The notes: generated from the letters alone by a model not told the origin. DNA of 64,000 nt from Phoronis australis (GCA_002633005.1 NMRA01000949.1:2696-66695); one strand, 5' to 3'; shown: positions 10,160-23,452, counted from the stretch's first letter. Translations and numbers: made by a program.

Positions 10160-10880
10160 GTGCAAAAGAATGGCTATCCCCCAGAATTAGTCAATATGGT
10201 AGTGAAAGCAAGACTCCAACGTAACCCTGATGATATTCATTCTGCAGACAAAACTAACCACAAGTATTTTAAAGTACCCTATGTTGGGTTTTACGCCAAG
10301 AAAACTCAACAAATTGGTGAATATTACTGTGTTAACTTAAGAGTTGTATTAACATTCAAGTCTCTAAAACTGTCAAATTTATTTAACTCTAAGGACAAAA
10401 TTCCTGTGGGTCTACGGTCCAGGATAGTGTACAAATTTATCTGTGCTGGATGTGGCTCCAGTTATATAGGCGAAACTGTTCGCCATTTGAAAACCAGGTC
10501 CAAGGAACATCTAAATTCTGACAAAGGTTCACATGTAAATATTCATCTACAAAGCTCCAATCATTGTTATCAGCAATGCTCTTTCAATGACTTTGCAATA
10601 ATAGGCCAGACAAAAACAACAAAGGAGCTTAAAATTGAGGAGGCTCTACGCATCAGTTGGTGCAAGCCCAATCTCAATAGGCAATTGGCTCACCACAGTT
10701 TGTCATTGTTGGTCTAGTTTATTGTCACTCCCTGTAACTGACTTTATGTGCTTCATTACTTGTTGCTGGGCCTAGCTAGGGGGCCACTATATTCTCTCTT
10801 CTGATGATGGTGTTTGAATAAATGACGCCGAAGCATGTCAAGCCGATTTAAAACCGTGGTTGTTTTTATCAATATATGCT
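10160..10880 (+). mobile_element. 5'-truncated Penelope-like retroelement: RT thumb remnant plus GIY-YIG endonuclease (ORF 10160-10717) and 3' pLTR
   Basis: NGYP, VPYVG, IVYKFICAGCGSSYIGETVRHLKTRSKEH and LKIEEAL.I...KPNLN are diagnostic PLE GIY-YIG motifs. No RT core. Lies in metaxin intron 5. Confidence 0.92.
10798..10842 (+). ncRNA. Minimal type I hammerhead ribozyme motif, probably inactivated
   Basis: CTT-CTGATGA-T-GGTGT(loop)ACGCC-GAAG-CATG-TC-AAG: stem I ctt/aag, stem II ggtgt/acgcc, palindromic stem III, with GAAA changed to GAAG. Confidence 0.7.
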
Positions 10881-11833
10881 GCTACTTTCTATCATGGAGA
10901 TATGAGGCTTAAAAACAATCTTCAGCGAATTTAATTTAGTACTCACAATCTAATTACTGTTACAGTACATTACCACATATTGATCCAAGTCAGCTTCAGG
11001 TGTGTGTTTTCTTGTGAGCCAGTATGGTCGAGAACCGTGATTACCCGATAAAGATCCGTAGCCATGGAAACTAAATGCCTAGTGGAATTTTGTGATCTTT
11101 TGACTAGGGCTTCTTAAGGTTTTTAGGTGCTCTACATCACGCTGACAGTGCCCGTCTTCATTTGATACCCCAGGTGGCCTTAGCATATATTGGTGAAAAA
11201 AGTTGTCAGTTCAGAAATTCTATAAGTTCAATAAGACGTGAGTTACCAGTTGAAGGATTATGTGCCATCATGAAGTTCTCACAATAAATGTTAGAGTCAA
11301 AACTGTCAAATTTCAAAAAAAAACATTCATGGTTGGTGTACAGTGTAGTTCTGATAAAATTTTCGCAAATCAGAACATAAATAATGACCAAAATTGTCAT
11401 TTTTTTCAGTTTTCCAAAGCCAACTCTATTGCCAAAAATTTTCAAAATTTCATTGACATTATGTTTGTTGGTGGCTGCCATACTAATTTATTTATTATAT
11501 AAAATTTCAGATAACGAACTAAAATTTTCTTCTTGTTAAATTTTGATAAAATAAAATTTTATTGGTCCGCCAGATTGTGTTCTTGTTTGAAGAAATTGCA
11601 CCGTAGTTCAAAGTGAGCATCGGAATATGACTGTCACATATTGGAAAGACACTTGTGCAGACTGTTACTGTTGTGAATTTTCTATTAAGTATCGATTTAT
11701 TAAGGAAAATTCCATGCTTTATTGATTAGAAGAAAGTGAACCAGTTTGATTAGCTTAAATAGTTGTATGTCGGCGTCATAACCTGAAGACAGTGATATTC
11801 CATGCTCTGCACTAAGATCATAGTTAGTATAAA

Positions 11834-11937
11834 CCGGAGATTACCAATTTTAGATAATCCTCTTATTAAAGATTAATTTTTTACTCTGACCAAAATTTAA
11901 GGTTTTACTAACAAGAGGATTTAGTAATCTCCGGTAT
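11834..11937. repeat. ~100-bp hairpin or micro-MITE
   Basis: Nested inverted pairs ACCGGAGATTAC / GTAATCTCCGGT and AATCCTCTT / AAGAGGATT. Confidence 0.55.
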
Positions 11938-13328
11938 ATGCTGAATATTAAGTTTCAATCTTTGCTATTGTAGCCTATTTAAGTTGCTGGACCTGAATAA
12001 GATGGTTCAAATCAGGATGAACTTTTTACACTGTTGTACGTTCTCACCAGTCATGAATCTCTCCACTGCATGTCCTTGCCTTTTAATCTCTAACAATTGC
12101 GGAATCATTTAATCGGTGTCCCAAGAAAAAACAATAATCATAACTGCGAAAACTCTCGAGTTGATTGTTTTAATTAAAGCTGCATTTCTTACTGTAAAAA
12201 ATAATAAACTTGATGATTTTCCGATGCTGTTTTTGACCTGTTCTGTTCTTGGTAAAAGAAAATAAGTCCCCTCATGGTATTAAGGAAAAATTTACGACCA
12301 CTTTTTTATTTCAAAATAAATTACCTATTTTGGATTTTCATTTTAGCCAGCTAAAGGGGACAAAATATAGCTCTTTATGTTGCAGCACAAAAAGTGAGTC
12401 GTGAAACAATACAACTGCTTTGTCCCGCATCCCACTACAGCATCAGAATGTTCCACTTTTGGAGACTCGCAGCTATGTTACAGACACCACTTTGTTAGTG
12501 GGTGACTGCATATTTTCGTATATTCCCATGTTTTTCCACGCTATATTTCCGCATAACATTTTTCAGGCACAGCTGACAAAAGCCAACGACAGTGATTGCT
12601 TTTTGTGGCAGACATTCCCCCTCATGGCCTGGATTCAGATGTCCCACTTTTTCATTTTAAAATGTTGGTAACCCTGGCAGCAGGGTAATTCTTCCCTGCA
12701 CACTTGACAAAATTGTAATTTGTAAGGCCAATTACTTTTCTGCAAATAACAGAAAATGTTGCTTTTTGACATCTAAACAGTAAAAGCCAAACTATTAATA
12801 GGATAGAATTCTCTTAATTTCTGTTTTTGTTTATAAGTTTGAAAAAGTAAACTTTCACTTGTCCACCGTATTGTGTGGCAAATAGTTGAAAACTCACCGC
12901 ACTATATTTAGTGTTTAACTCATGCATACACGTTAAAAACAATGGGACAAAAGGACCTAGAATTGCCTTTTGTGATGGTTGAACACAAACAGAATTCGCC
13001 GCCTTGACGGCTGAGTGCGCCCAGAGTTTACCATCGGTGCAGCTGGAATGGCTTGTCATGACGGAATCAGTATTTTGTGCAATTCTTTTTGGTGTATTGT
13101 GTCTAGTAGGCGTTTATTGGCTTATAAGCCTTTCGCACTTGATCCTGCTTTGAAGTTTTCCATTCTTAATACACCGATATTCCATTCACTATCAAATGAA
13201 TTATTAAAAGTTGGTTCATAAAATGGTAGTTACACTTTCAAATGTGAAAGCGTGACTGTCTAAGTAACACAAATTCTGATTATTGACTTGTGGTGGCATT
13301 GCTCTGTAACATGAACCTGTTGTCTTAG

Positions 13329-13405
13329 GTGTACAAGCACGGCAGGGAGTGCCTAAACCTTATGGAGGCCAGGATGGGTCAAAATAAATTCTTTTTTGGA
13401 GACAG
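13329..13405 (+). CDS. MTX1: Metaxin-1-like exon 6 (VYKHGRECLNLMEARMGQNKFFFGD)
   Basis: tgtcttAG acceptor, GTatgt donor, and the ECL..L..RLG...FFFGD motif of the GST-like C-domain. Phase 0 to 2. Confidence 0.93.
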
Positions 13406-13700
13406 GTATGTTTCTTGGTGTGATAAAACGTAACAAGTTCTTTGCTATGGTATCTTAAGAAAAAGTATTATTAAGGTGTGTGAAATTTACTGCAATGGAA
13501 TCAAAATAGTTAATGAATTTTGTCAAATTTCTTTTGGTTTTGTTGAAGTTGTGGTGGAAGTCCGAAAGAAAACTCTTTGTTGTAAAATATTACACAAAAT
13601 TTGATTGAATGTTAACCATTTTAAAGTTCAAAAATGTATCTGTTCAACAAAAAAAATTAGTTTGAAAGTGATGTTCCTTTATTTGTTCTTGTTGGATTAG

Positions 13701-13858
13701 ACCATCATCGTTGGATGCCATCCTATTTGGTTACCTCGGTCCATTACTGAAGGCACCCCTCCCTAGCAGTATACTTCAGCAACATCTGCTGCAGTGTCCC
13801 CACCTGGTGGATTTCTGTGAACGGATTCTTAAGGAACACTTCCCTCCTACGGCTGAAG
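13701..13858 (+). CDS. MTX1: Metaxin-1-like exon 7 (PSSLDAILFGYLGPLLKAPLPSSILQQHLLQCPHLVDFCERILKEHFP)
   Basis: ttAG acceptor, GTtagt donor, and the PSSLDA.FGYL..L..C..L..FC.RI motif. Phase 2 to 1. Confidence 0.94.
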
Positions 13859-13878
13859 GTTAGTAAAAGTGGTCAGCG

Positions 13879-14165
13879 TTGGACGTAATGTTGAGTCAGA
13901 AATTCTGTCTCATCATGCCTACATTGGTCTGCATTTAACATAATGTTGAGTCAGAAATTTTGTCTCATCATGCCAACATTGGCCCGCATTGGACGTTATG
14001 TCGAGTCAGAAATACTGTCTCATCATGCCAACATTGCTCCTCGTTGGACGTAATGTCGAGTCACAAATTCTGTTCCATCATGCCAACATTGGCCTGCGTT
14101 TGACATAATGTTGAGTCAGAAATTCTGCCTCATCATGCCAACACTGACCTGCCTTGGACATCATG
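13879..14165. repeat. Minisatellite, 55-bp unit x ~5
   Basis: Unit AATGTTGAGTCAGAAATTCTGTCTCATCATGCCAACATTGG... at 13887, 13942 and onward. Confidence 0.95.
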
Positions 14166-14630
14166 CCTGAAGTTGGTCATTTATCACAGTCCATACATTC
14201 TTGTCACACATATTGGTTTGGTCATGGTAACTTGTACAGTTGGAGGGTACTGCAATGTGTGCCAATGACATCTTGTATGAAAAAAACATAAGGACATGTA
14301 GGACTCTAGGACTCTAGAAAAATTCCAAATTTGGCAGGGTTTTATGATTTTTTGGAAAGACGCAGAAGTTGCAAGAGATGAAAACAAAATAATTAAAGTG
14401 TTATCGACATTGATATTAAGCGATACTTTGTCATGTTATTGATACTGTTGTTTTGCTAAGGATGCACATTTTTTTAATTTTCACTAAAAAGACATGGTCA
14501 CATGACCCAATTAATGGCAGATTGAAGAAAATTTGAACATCAAATTTTGCGAACTTTTTACTGTCAGAGTTAAAATCTCTAGTTTTGTAGAAGCTATATC
14601 TGGCTAAGTACACTCAGGCTAGTTGATATT

Positions 14631-14872
14631 GTCCCACATAACACTGATACACTGCTATGAACTGGATATCACTGATAGTTTCAATGACATGGTCCCACAT
14701 AACACTGATACACTGCTATGAACTGGATATCACTGATAGTTTCAATGACATGGTCCCACATAACACTGATACACTGCTATGAACTGGATATCACTGATAG
14801 CTTCAATGACAAGGTCCCACATAATACTGATACCCTGCTATGAACTGGATATCACTGATAGTTTCAATGTCA
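14631..14872. repeat. Minisatellite, 61-bp unit x ~4
   Basis: Near-identical copies of GTCCCACATAACACTGATACACTGCTATGAACTGGATATCACTGATAGTTTCAATGACATG. Confidence 0.95.
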
Positions 14873-15221
14873 ATAGTCCGTGCTATAAACTTCAGTGATT
14901 GATTGTAGATTTCATTTGTCTTCAGGATCTTATTCATTGCTTACCATCACTGTTATTTGGTGATTTACAGGGTGGGTGAAAAATTCAATCTGTTCAGTTA
15001 TTATAACTTAAATATTTAAACAGGGTGGGTCAAACCTTATTTTTCTGCAAACCCAGAAGGTAAGACGAATTATTCACTCCGTTCATTTACATTTTTATGC
15101 ACACCCACACTGTGTGTCCACGTGTTCACCCTGTTCCTTCAGCTTGTGTTTGCTCGGGTCATCACCGTGGTTCAAAGCACCCCAGCACTTTTTTCTTTCA
15201 ACAAAATGCACGTTTTTGCAG

Positions 15222-15448
15222 ATCTAGAAGAGAAGCAGAGAGAAGAAGAGGTTGACAGAAAACGCCAAGAGGAGGCGCTGGAGTTCCCTCATAAAAAACG
15301 AAACATTTTCATTGCTGTTATGTTTGCCTTGACCGCAATGGTTTCTTATGCCCTGATGTCAGGTCTAGTGCAAGTAGAAATTACTGATGTTGAAGACATT
15401 GGGGGTGAAGCCATAGAGGACGGAGACGAAAACGAGGCGGGAGACTAG
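15222..15448 (+). CDS. MTX1: Metaxin-1-like terminal exon 8 with transmembrane anchor (FPHKKRNIFIAVMFALTAMVSYALMSGLVQV) and acidic tail
   Basis: tttttgcAG acceptor, in frame with track ORF 15122..15448, ending in TAG TAG. A C-terminal TM helix favours metaxin-1 over metaxin-2. Confidence 0.9.
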
Positions 15449-16031
15449 TAGCCACGTTTTGTGAGTGCGAGGCTGATACGAAGAGAGGGAATTTGTGAAG
15501 GACTTGTTGGTGGTTGGTGGAGATTAGGATGAAGATTATGGTAACACCTTACGGCTAGTCGAGAAACTAGAGAGACTGTCTCTTGGACATGTGGGGGGTT
15601 ATTTGTGAGCAGTGCCGATGGAAATGTTTGCTATTGGAATTGTGTGTTTTTTGTTAAAGTGATGCTGCATGGGATTTATTTGGGAAGGGAAAGTTTTGTT
15701 GGAAAATGTTGATGGTGAATAATTGCCTGACTGTTAGTGACACCTTGTGTGTACGGCACTCATCACAAATTTTTGTCCGACCAGTTGGCAAAATAGGTGG
15801 CTGGTCAGCTAATTTCTAGCAGACCGTGAACTGACCGCACTGCCGACTCATAAGGCAACCCTCCCCCAAGCCGACTCTTATTGCTGACCTTGATTGTCAA
15901 CTTTCCATCTGCTGACCCATAAATTTTATGGTCGTTGGCTGCTATTTTTAGACAAGAGTCTCATTTGCCCTATAGGATGTCAGGCTGTTGTCACATGGCG
16001 TGTGAAGGCAGTATGGCTCTGCACAGGGTGA

Positions 16032-16037
16032 AATAAA
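16032..16037 (+). promoter_or_regulatory. Candidate polyadenylation signal of the metaxin gene
   Basis: First AATAAA I found after the stop codon, about 580 nt downstream. Unverified. Confidence 0.3.
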
Positions 16038-16647
16038 TGAACCTTGTTTAATGTGTCACTGTTAGATGACTTCACATTGGTTGAACAATGAGCTGGGTTG
16101 TGTAACACGAATAATTCGAAGGTTGAAGGCGAATGGTAACATAAAATTTTTTTATGAACTGCAACCAGTTTTGAACAACAAGACGTGAAAGTTTTCTCCA
16201 CATTCGATCTTTGACTCATGACTGTTGGGTTAGATCGACTGCATTTTGAAAACATCATAACTATTTTTGCGTTTTTAACAAAGTTTACATCCACACGTAT
16301 TTTTTGTTTGTGTTAAGCAGAACCGCAACTATGGGGCCAAATATGAATCGGTCTGGTGGCTTGATCTGTAGCCCCCAGCCAGCGTTCTGCGTTTTTCAGT
16401 CACCACGCAAGACTATACAGTTCCGCCACGTTCCTAAAATCGCAAATGAATAATTCCAGAGTGCTCAGGTGGATGAGTGATAGTAAGTTCCGAAAAATCG
16501 CCGGATCCTAAAAAAGCACGAGCCTGAGAACGTTTTATTGAAAATCCACGGACAGGCAGCTACAGTGTAAGTACAATCGTGACGTTGGCTTTTCGGTATG
16601 TAAACAAAAGTGTAGAATTGGGCGTACAAAACGTAAATGTATAAGAA

Positions 16648-17270
16648 CAACCTTGCATAGTACAAAAGAACGTTTATGTACACATGTATTTGTTTGATAG
16701 CGATTCCTTACCCCAGCATTGTGGTCAACAATTTCGAGGTGTAGTATTTCAAGCTTTTTTTTCATGACGATTCTCGGAAAGAACGCAAACTAATTTAAAA
16801 CCGTAAAAGTAGCGGCGCTGGTCAGATGTTATCACTCAACAGGAAATGTTTGTTTGTAATCATAGATAAATTTTATTTGTCCTTAATACACACATCTATC
16901 AACACCAAATTTTCAATACAAAGAAGATTCTTGGTAAGAGCGCAAACTGGAACGCGACTATTGTAATGTCGTTGATCTAAAGGTAAGGTAACCAACCTTG
17001 CGTAGTACAAAAGAACGTTTCAGTACACATGGATTTATCTGATCAATTCTTCACCAGAGCATTGCAATAACAATTTCGTAGCATAATAGTATTTCAAGCA
17101 TTTTTTCATGACGATTCTCGGAAAGAACGCAAACTAAAACGCTTCGGCACTCCGTAACAGTAGCCTCACTGGTCAGATATTATCACTCGACAGGAGATGT
17201 TTATATGCAATTATAGATAACTTTTATTTGTCCTTGATATGCACATCTATCAACATCAAATTTACAATAC
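16648..17270 (+). repeat. Diverged tandem duplication of ~270 bp (16648-16919 and 16993-17270)
   Basis: Shared blocks AACCTTGC.TAGTACAAAAGAACGTTT, TTCATGACGATTCTCGGAAAGAACGCAAACTAA and CACATCTATCAACA. Confidence 0.85.
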
Positions 17271-18510
17271 TGAGACACTTCACTCAATAACAGGCATCCT
17301 CGACAGGTTATCTCCGGTTATTCTCTTATATTCCAACATTTTGAGAATTTCTTATCGTGCTCTTTAGCAACATTGGATCACCTTGCTTATAACGAAGGAA
17401 TTGTCCTGAACGTCAAGCAGTACTAGCATATATTTCTAATAGTCAGGTATGCTTCAACTCTACAGTTAGTAATCGTACTTTTCACATTATGCTCTGATTT
17501 GTGCCTCCCGATTCCCATCCCAGTACGATTTTTGCAACTTGGGATCAGTGAACTCGCACGCTTCATCTAATGCAAACGAAAAAAATACGCTGTTCATAAG
17601 TATATCCAATTTTTACTATGTTAAAATAGCCGTTAGAAAATGTCGCGAGTTTAAGACTAGAAAAGAGTGTCCGCTGGAGAACGAACAGCAGTTAGATACC
17701 TTGCTTGGCCAAAGTTAATCTGCTAAATCGTAAAATGCTTATTGCTGACTGAGGATTCGCGTAATCCTAATCGGTCGTCTAAGGTAGGCGACCAGTTTGC
17801 CGACCGCAGAGGCGACTCGGCTGATGACTGCAGATAGTTGCTGGTTGACTGCAGGTCCGCGACTGATTTCCGACTAGTCGGACAAAAATTCGTGAGGTGT
17901 GCTGTAACTACAAAACAATGGTAACACCTGTTGGGGGTTCAGAATTAATAGTCTAAGGACATTAAGATAGATTAAAGGAGAATAGAGTGTTGAAAATTTG
18001 ACAAGTGTTTGAAAATGTGTAGGGAAGTAAGTTGATCGAAAAATAAACGCCAGAGGCACTGCGTTGACTATAATGCTATGGATCGCCGTTTTTACTGTTT
18101 TCAAAAGACTGTAAATTTTGGACGGTACCACTGATGCAAGTATGAGACATTTGTTCCTTTTGCTCACAAACTGATGTAGTGAATACGTCCGTGATGTGAT
18201 TAAATTATTATTGTTCTGCGATGTTTTTATGGTGTCCTTTTGAAATGGATTTCAGCTGGTGAAAACCATCAAACAAAATGGCTGTTATGCAGTCAGCTGA
18301 GGGCGACTTCATGGCCTGTAAACTTACACCTAATGTCTTCGATTTCCATAGACTACCTTATCTGCTCATGTGTTCCGTAATTAAGAAACATTATGATTAC
18401 TTCCGGGGAGATAGACTACTTTTAGTGAACTAGTGAGATGGATTGATTAGAATTTCATAACTATGATGCGCTCGGGAATTTCGACCGTTCCGATTTGGTG
18501 TGCGGTGCCC

Positions 18511-18916
18511 GGTTGCATGAAACAATCCCAGAGAGACTCAGCTAAGTTCTCTAAATCATGTGTCTTTTGATGTATTTCTTTACTGACAGGTGTAGTATTT
18601 TGTATCATTTTATCTTTATTGTGAGCTCCTCTTTGACTAATGACATTTCCTAGAAATATAACTAAAAACTTAGCCCATAATTCAGTCAAAAAATAATTAG
18701 GGACTTAGTTCTTAAATTAAGGGCGTTGCTTGAAAAGATCCCTGTTTATAGACTTCATTCACTCTCGATTTGCATCAAAGCCAAAAACTGACTTAGTAAT
18801 GAGACTCAAATATCACGTACGAGAAAGGACAATCGGTGTTTTCACAGGTCTACGAAGAACGCAGTAGATTTAGAGAACTTGGTTGAGTCTCCATTTGGGA
18901 CTGTTTCACACAACCA
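18511..18916. mobile_element. Old MITE with ~47-bp imperfect TIRs
   Basis: GGTTGCATGAAACAATCCCAGAGAGACTCAGCTAAGTTCTCTAAATC is the inverse of GATTTAGAGAACTTGGTTGAGTCTCCATTTGGGACTGTTTCACACAACC. Confidence 0.65.
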
Positions 18917-21900
18917 CCCACAGGTGTCTCTTTCTTACTAGACTCAAGACAGAAATTTTACCTGACGCTTCCACTTCACAACTACATGTACTGAATAAAA
19001 GTTTGATCACGTGATTGTCATACAGCACACTAGGCCTACCACGTGGAAATACGTTACCCAAATTATCTCAGCATGTATAGTCTATGATCTCAGTAACTAG
19101 ACGTAATGGGTACATTCACAGAGGCTGCAGCTCGGTAAAGTGGGGTTTAATTATTTTTCAGACTGATATTTGTTCGTGTGAATAGTAAGACCAAATTACT
19201 GTCGCAAGTCTTTAAGTCGCTTTACCTGATGCAGATCCCTGGTTACATGAGGTGGTGTTAAATAGTTTTATGGCCATAGTTAGTTGTTGTTGTGTAAAAG
19301 ATAATGTGTGAAAAACAATTTAAATTTATAATTTCCTCAGACTTTCCACTCGGGACAGCCACTTTTCACTTAAATAATTCCTTACGTGGTCCATGATCCA
19401 CTAATCAGAAAAAAGTACATTTTGTTTAATTATCCCGACTTGTGTCTTAAATTCGTGAAGAGTCCCACTAAATTTGTACAAAAATTCATGATTTTCGTGG
19501 AACAGATAATATGTTCAATACAAAACGTATTAATGATAGTCTTCTGTAGTTTACGAACAATGTCTGTGTCTGGTCAACACCTGTGTGACACCATGCTTAT
19601 TCCTTAACTGTGAGTATTTCCACCTCAAAACACCTCAGTTTTGATTGATGTAGCCTGGGCATTTAGTTCCCATCATATTTTTGACATTGCTCATTTCGGC
19701 TTCCAAAATACGTGGAGTTTTTTCGCCTGCTATTCACAGCATTGACATTGTTTGCATTCTGCCATTCTTGCTGGTAAAATAATTAACATAAATCCAACTC
19801 ATCAAATGACCCCGAATGGTCAGTCCCCGGTTATACATGACAAATACCTACCTCTACAAAATTTTCGCTTTCAATCGCCCACGCTGGATTCAAAGTACAT
19901 CTCTTTATTATGTACTTTTCGACAGGGTTATTTAAAAACGACCTGAGGGGTTTACCCTAAATAATGCTGCAATGTGGTTACAAACTCCAGATTCTACAAA
20001 GACGCGAGTTCCTGGTGAGACCGCTTAGCGCGGTTTCGAAATTAGTCTCTACTTGTTTGCTCAAACGAGAAATGGTCTTTGGATTTGCAAGAAAATGGGC
20101 ATCCCGGATTACAATATAGGTATTCTTTGTCCCGGATAAAAGAAAGGGCGTGACCAAGTTTTGGAAATCGGGAACATTTTCGTTTCTAATTGATGTCGGG
20201 TAGGCAAAGAATTTCAGATCAAGCATACATTTATGTTTGTCTAGTTTATCAAACATTTTTACGTCGGAGTTGCAACCCTCAGCATAGCAGTAATATATAC
20301 TTCATTGGCTTTAGAAGGACGAATAGATTAATGCAACCGAGGAAAACGTGTAAAGAATCGGACAACAACAAATAACATGCGAAACTCCAGTGGCACGAAA
20401 AAGAAATTTGCCTGACAGATGTTTACGGCATTGTGAGTAGATACAGCGAGGTTTGAGTGTCGCTGTGCAATCCGGGACGGCCCTATTGACTGTTCGCTGG
20501 CATTGCGACCACGTTCGACGCATACATGTACATTGTGAAATGATTCACGGCGACGAGCCAGCTTGTACAGCCTGATCTTGGAACTTCCAGTTTTCCCGAA
20601 GCCTTGAAATCACCTCTAATTTTCGAAAGCAAAACAATCTAAGACCAATTCCATAACGGTAAAACTGCTCAAAATTTTGTTGGTAATGTGAGGCGTGTTT
20701 GTAGACGCTTAATATTGAAACAGCGTACACCATGCTGGCGACGCACCAATACACTGATGTGCAAACGGGTCAGTGACTAGGTCATTTTTGTCGTTGAATA
20801 ATGTTGCAGAACATTTATTCGGGTCCTGTCACCCTTATGAAGCGCTGCTCGTGACTCGTGCGCAAAGCTGTGACACTCCAACTGCGTTAACTGTTCTAAC
20901 CCAAGTTGAAATTTACGGAAACGATGATTATGAGTTCACTGTAAATTTTCTGATTTCTGCTAATACAGAGCACGAATTCTGCCCTCGTTCACGAATGCAA
21001 GGGCGTTTTTATTGCCAATAAGAACGCCCTTGCAGACTCTTCTTTTCTCACAAATGCGTTTTTCTCACGAGCTGTAGCTCTTTTCTCATAAACCGCATTA
21101 TGTTCATTGTTTTAAAGTACAGACAAATTTGACACCTTTTATCAATTGTTTAATTTCGACTAGTACGGTAATGTTTCTTCAATTTGCAATACAATTTGAT
21201 GCAACAGTAGAATTTTATTATATCAAAATTTGCAACTAAAGTAAATGGCAAGAAACTTCTTCATTATTTGTAAAATTCATACTCTACAGGTGTCGTCAAC
21301 AAACACGGTGGAGATTTGAACACTTTAATAGCGAAGCTAGATTAAGCAATGCTGTATAGATGTCGTCAACAAACACGGAGTTTTGAACATTTTAATAGCG
21401 AATCTATAGTGAGCTTTTGATTAAAATGAAAATGACAGTTATGTGAATTACTTTTGTTCGTATTCTAAGAAATTGTGTAACGCGCCCAATCACGTGATTA
21501 ACGGATGAATTTTCAGCAAAATTCCCCAAAGAAAATATTTGCAGAAAAAAAAAACAGGACTGTAAGCGCTACAAGATATTTCATAGACCTTCATCAAGTA
21601 TTACGCGTATCCCCCGGTGAGTTGACAACACTGATAAATTGTCTAAATAATACGCCGCGTATGTCATGTTAATTTTAGACTATGGCGACATGTTGTAACA
21701 AGATAGTTGGAACTGAAGAAACGATGGATAATTTGGACAAGGCACCTGTCAAGCAATCATTGCACAGGTATAATTAAGAGCGTTTCGTGTCGAAAGAAAA
21801 TTACGAGTGGCTTGGTTTCAGACTTACATGTTTATCCTTCGTACCCGGCACCGCTCACGTCTTATATCTCGGACCAAACAAGCATATGTTAGGTTCTGGT

Positions 21901-21949
21901 CTGCGCCCGCCTCATTTTGAAACATGTGCATCACTGAATTAATGTCGGG

Positions 21950-22424
21950 CCCTATAAAATGTCCAAGTTTGGCTAACTTCGAAACATCATATCTCAGAAA
22001 TGGCTAATATGAAATTTGCAGATGTTTTGTGCGCAGTTCTCTAAAACGCTGTTAGGAATTGATTTTAAACTGTTTCGCTTTTGTTTGAGAGGTAATAAAA
22101 AACAGTACTTCATGATTTGCATGAACAAATCAAAAATTATAAAAATCGAATCAGAAACAAGATTTTTTATGAATCAGCGTTTTTGAGATTGCATATTAAA
22201 CATTTATATCAAAAGAAATTTTGTTATCGATGTACCTACCTTTGCTAAATTTTACTAAAAAGACACGGTCACATGACCCACTTAATGACTGATTGTTGAA
22301 AAGTCGAGACTTTATAGGCATTTTGCATTCAGAAAATTTATACTTTTACTGAGTGAAGTCTATAGTTTTGTGGATATGTGACTGAATACAGTGCACAGAC
22401 TTGTCAATAAGGCTTTACATAACC
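21950..22424 (+). mobile_element. Dispersed non-autonomous DNA transposon family (Kolobok-like); other copies at ~14380-14630 and 54842-~55270
   Basis: Shared blocks GGCTAACTTCG.AAC..ATATCTCAGAA and GTCAC.TGACCCA.TTAA. Inferred termini are TTAA|GGTTATGT (54842) and ACATAACC|TTGA (22424). Confidence 0.6.
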
Positions 22425-23452
22425 TTGAAGACGTTTTGGCGTTATTTTCACCTTGTTTAGAAGACAGAAAGTTTCATGAGTCGCGAGACACTTGTGTAAG
22501 ACAGTCGCAACATTTGCAATTTTTTGTTTTCTGTTTTCATGGCTTTCTTTTATGGCAAGCTCAGGTATCTTAAACTTTAACGAAACGCGGGGAGGGTTTG
22601 GAAATTTATTTAGTCTGAATTGAATAAGAGTGTGATTGTTTCGTGTTTCCATTATTTCTAATGCATGACGTCAGAAACAAAAGAGTGAAGTTTAATGTCG
22701 TTCAACTGTGGTGGTCATTGTGTGCGACATAAAAAATTCAAAGATTATTTTGAAAATTCAATATTCAAGTCTGTTCATTTTCAAAACGTGCGATTACGTG
22801 TTGAAAAAGCGTAATAGTTGTAGATAAATTGCCAGCTTGTAGTCAATTTGCATTGAAGCGGAAGGAGTATTTTTAAAGGGCCGCCCTCATCATTCTTAGC
22901 TAAGCTACCGATCCTTACAAACGCGTACTACAATTTGTTAAACGACATTAGTTATCAAGTCAGCTACAAACACCAAGTTTGGCCTCCATTAACTAAAACA
23001 GATTGTGACCGATGAGTGACAAGCCCGATCCTGCCACCACGGTCGACACCCAGGCCGAGTTCTGTAGAGGCAAGAATCTCGCGAAGTAATCTAGAATGCT
23101 CACGTCCTTCCCTTGCAATATGTGGCGATGTCTTACGAAGTCTTACGTTTTCGTTAAGTTCTCAGGTTTATGAAACGCACGTCCATGCGCTATTGCGACT
23201 GACTCAAGTTGGTTAAAGATGAGAAAAATCGCACCACAATACTGACAGCAGGTGGAGTTTTTTTAAAGTTGAACTACTGATAATATACCGCGTCTCCATA
23301 TTAATTAATTAGAAACAGACCAGAACTCATTTCAAGAAAACCTAAGGGCCTGAGACTTGGAAATTTTGACTTGCGCCCCATACACCTAATTCACGCCGAC
23401 AGGAGGCGCGTTCCAAAACGAGGCTCGAGCTACGACAGCTCTGTTAGCTTGT

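Noticed and set aside
13879-14872. CRISPR-like appearance of regular repeats
   Set aside because: The units are contiguous with no unique spacers, there are no cas genes, and the context is a eukaryotic intron.
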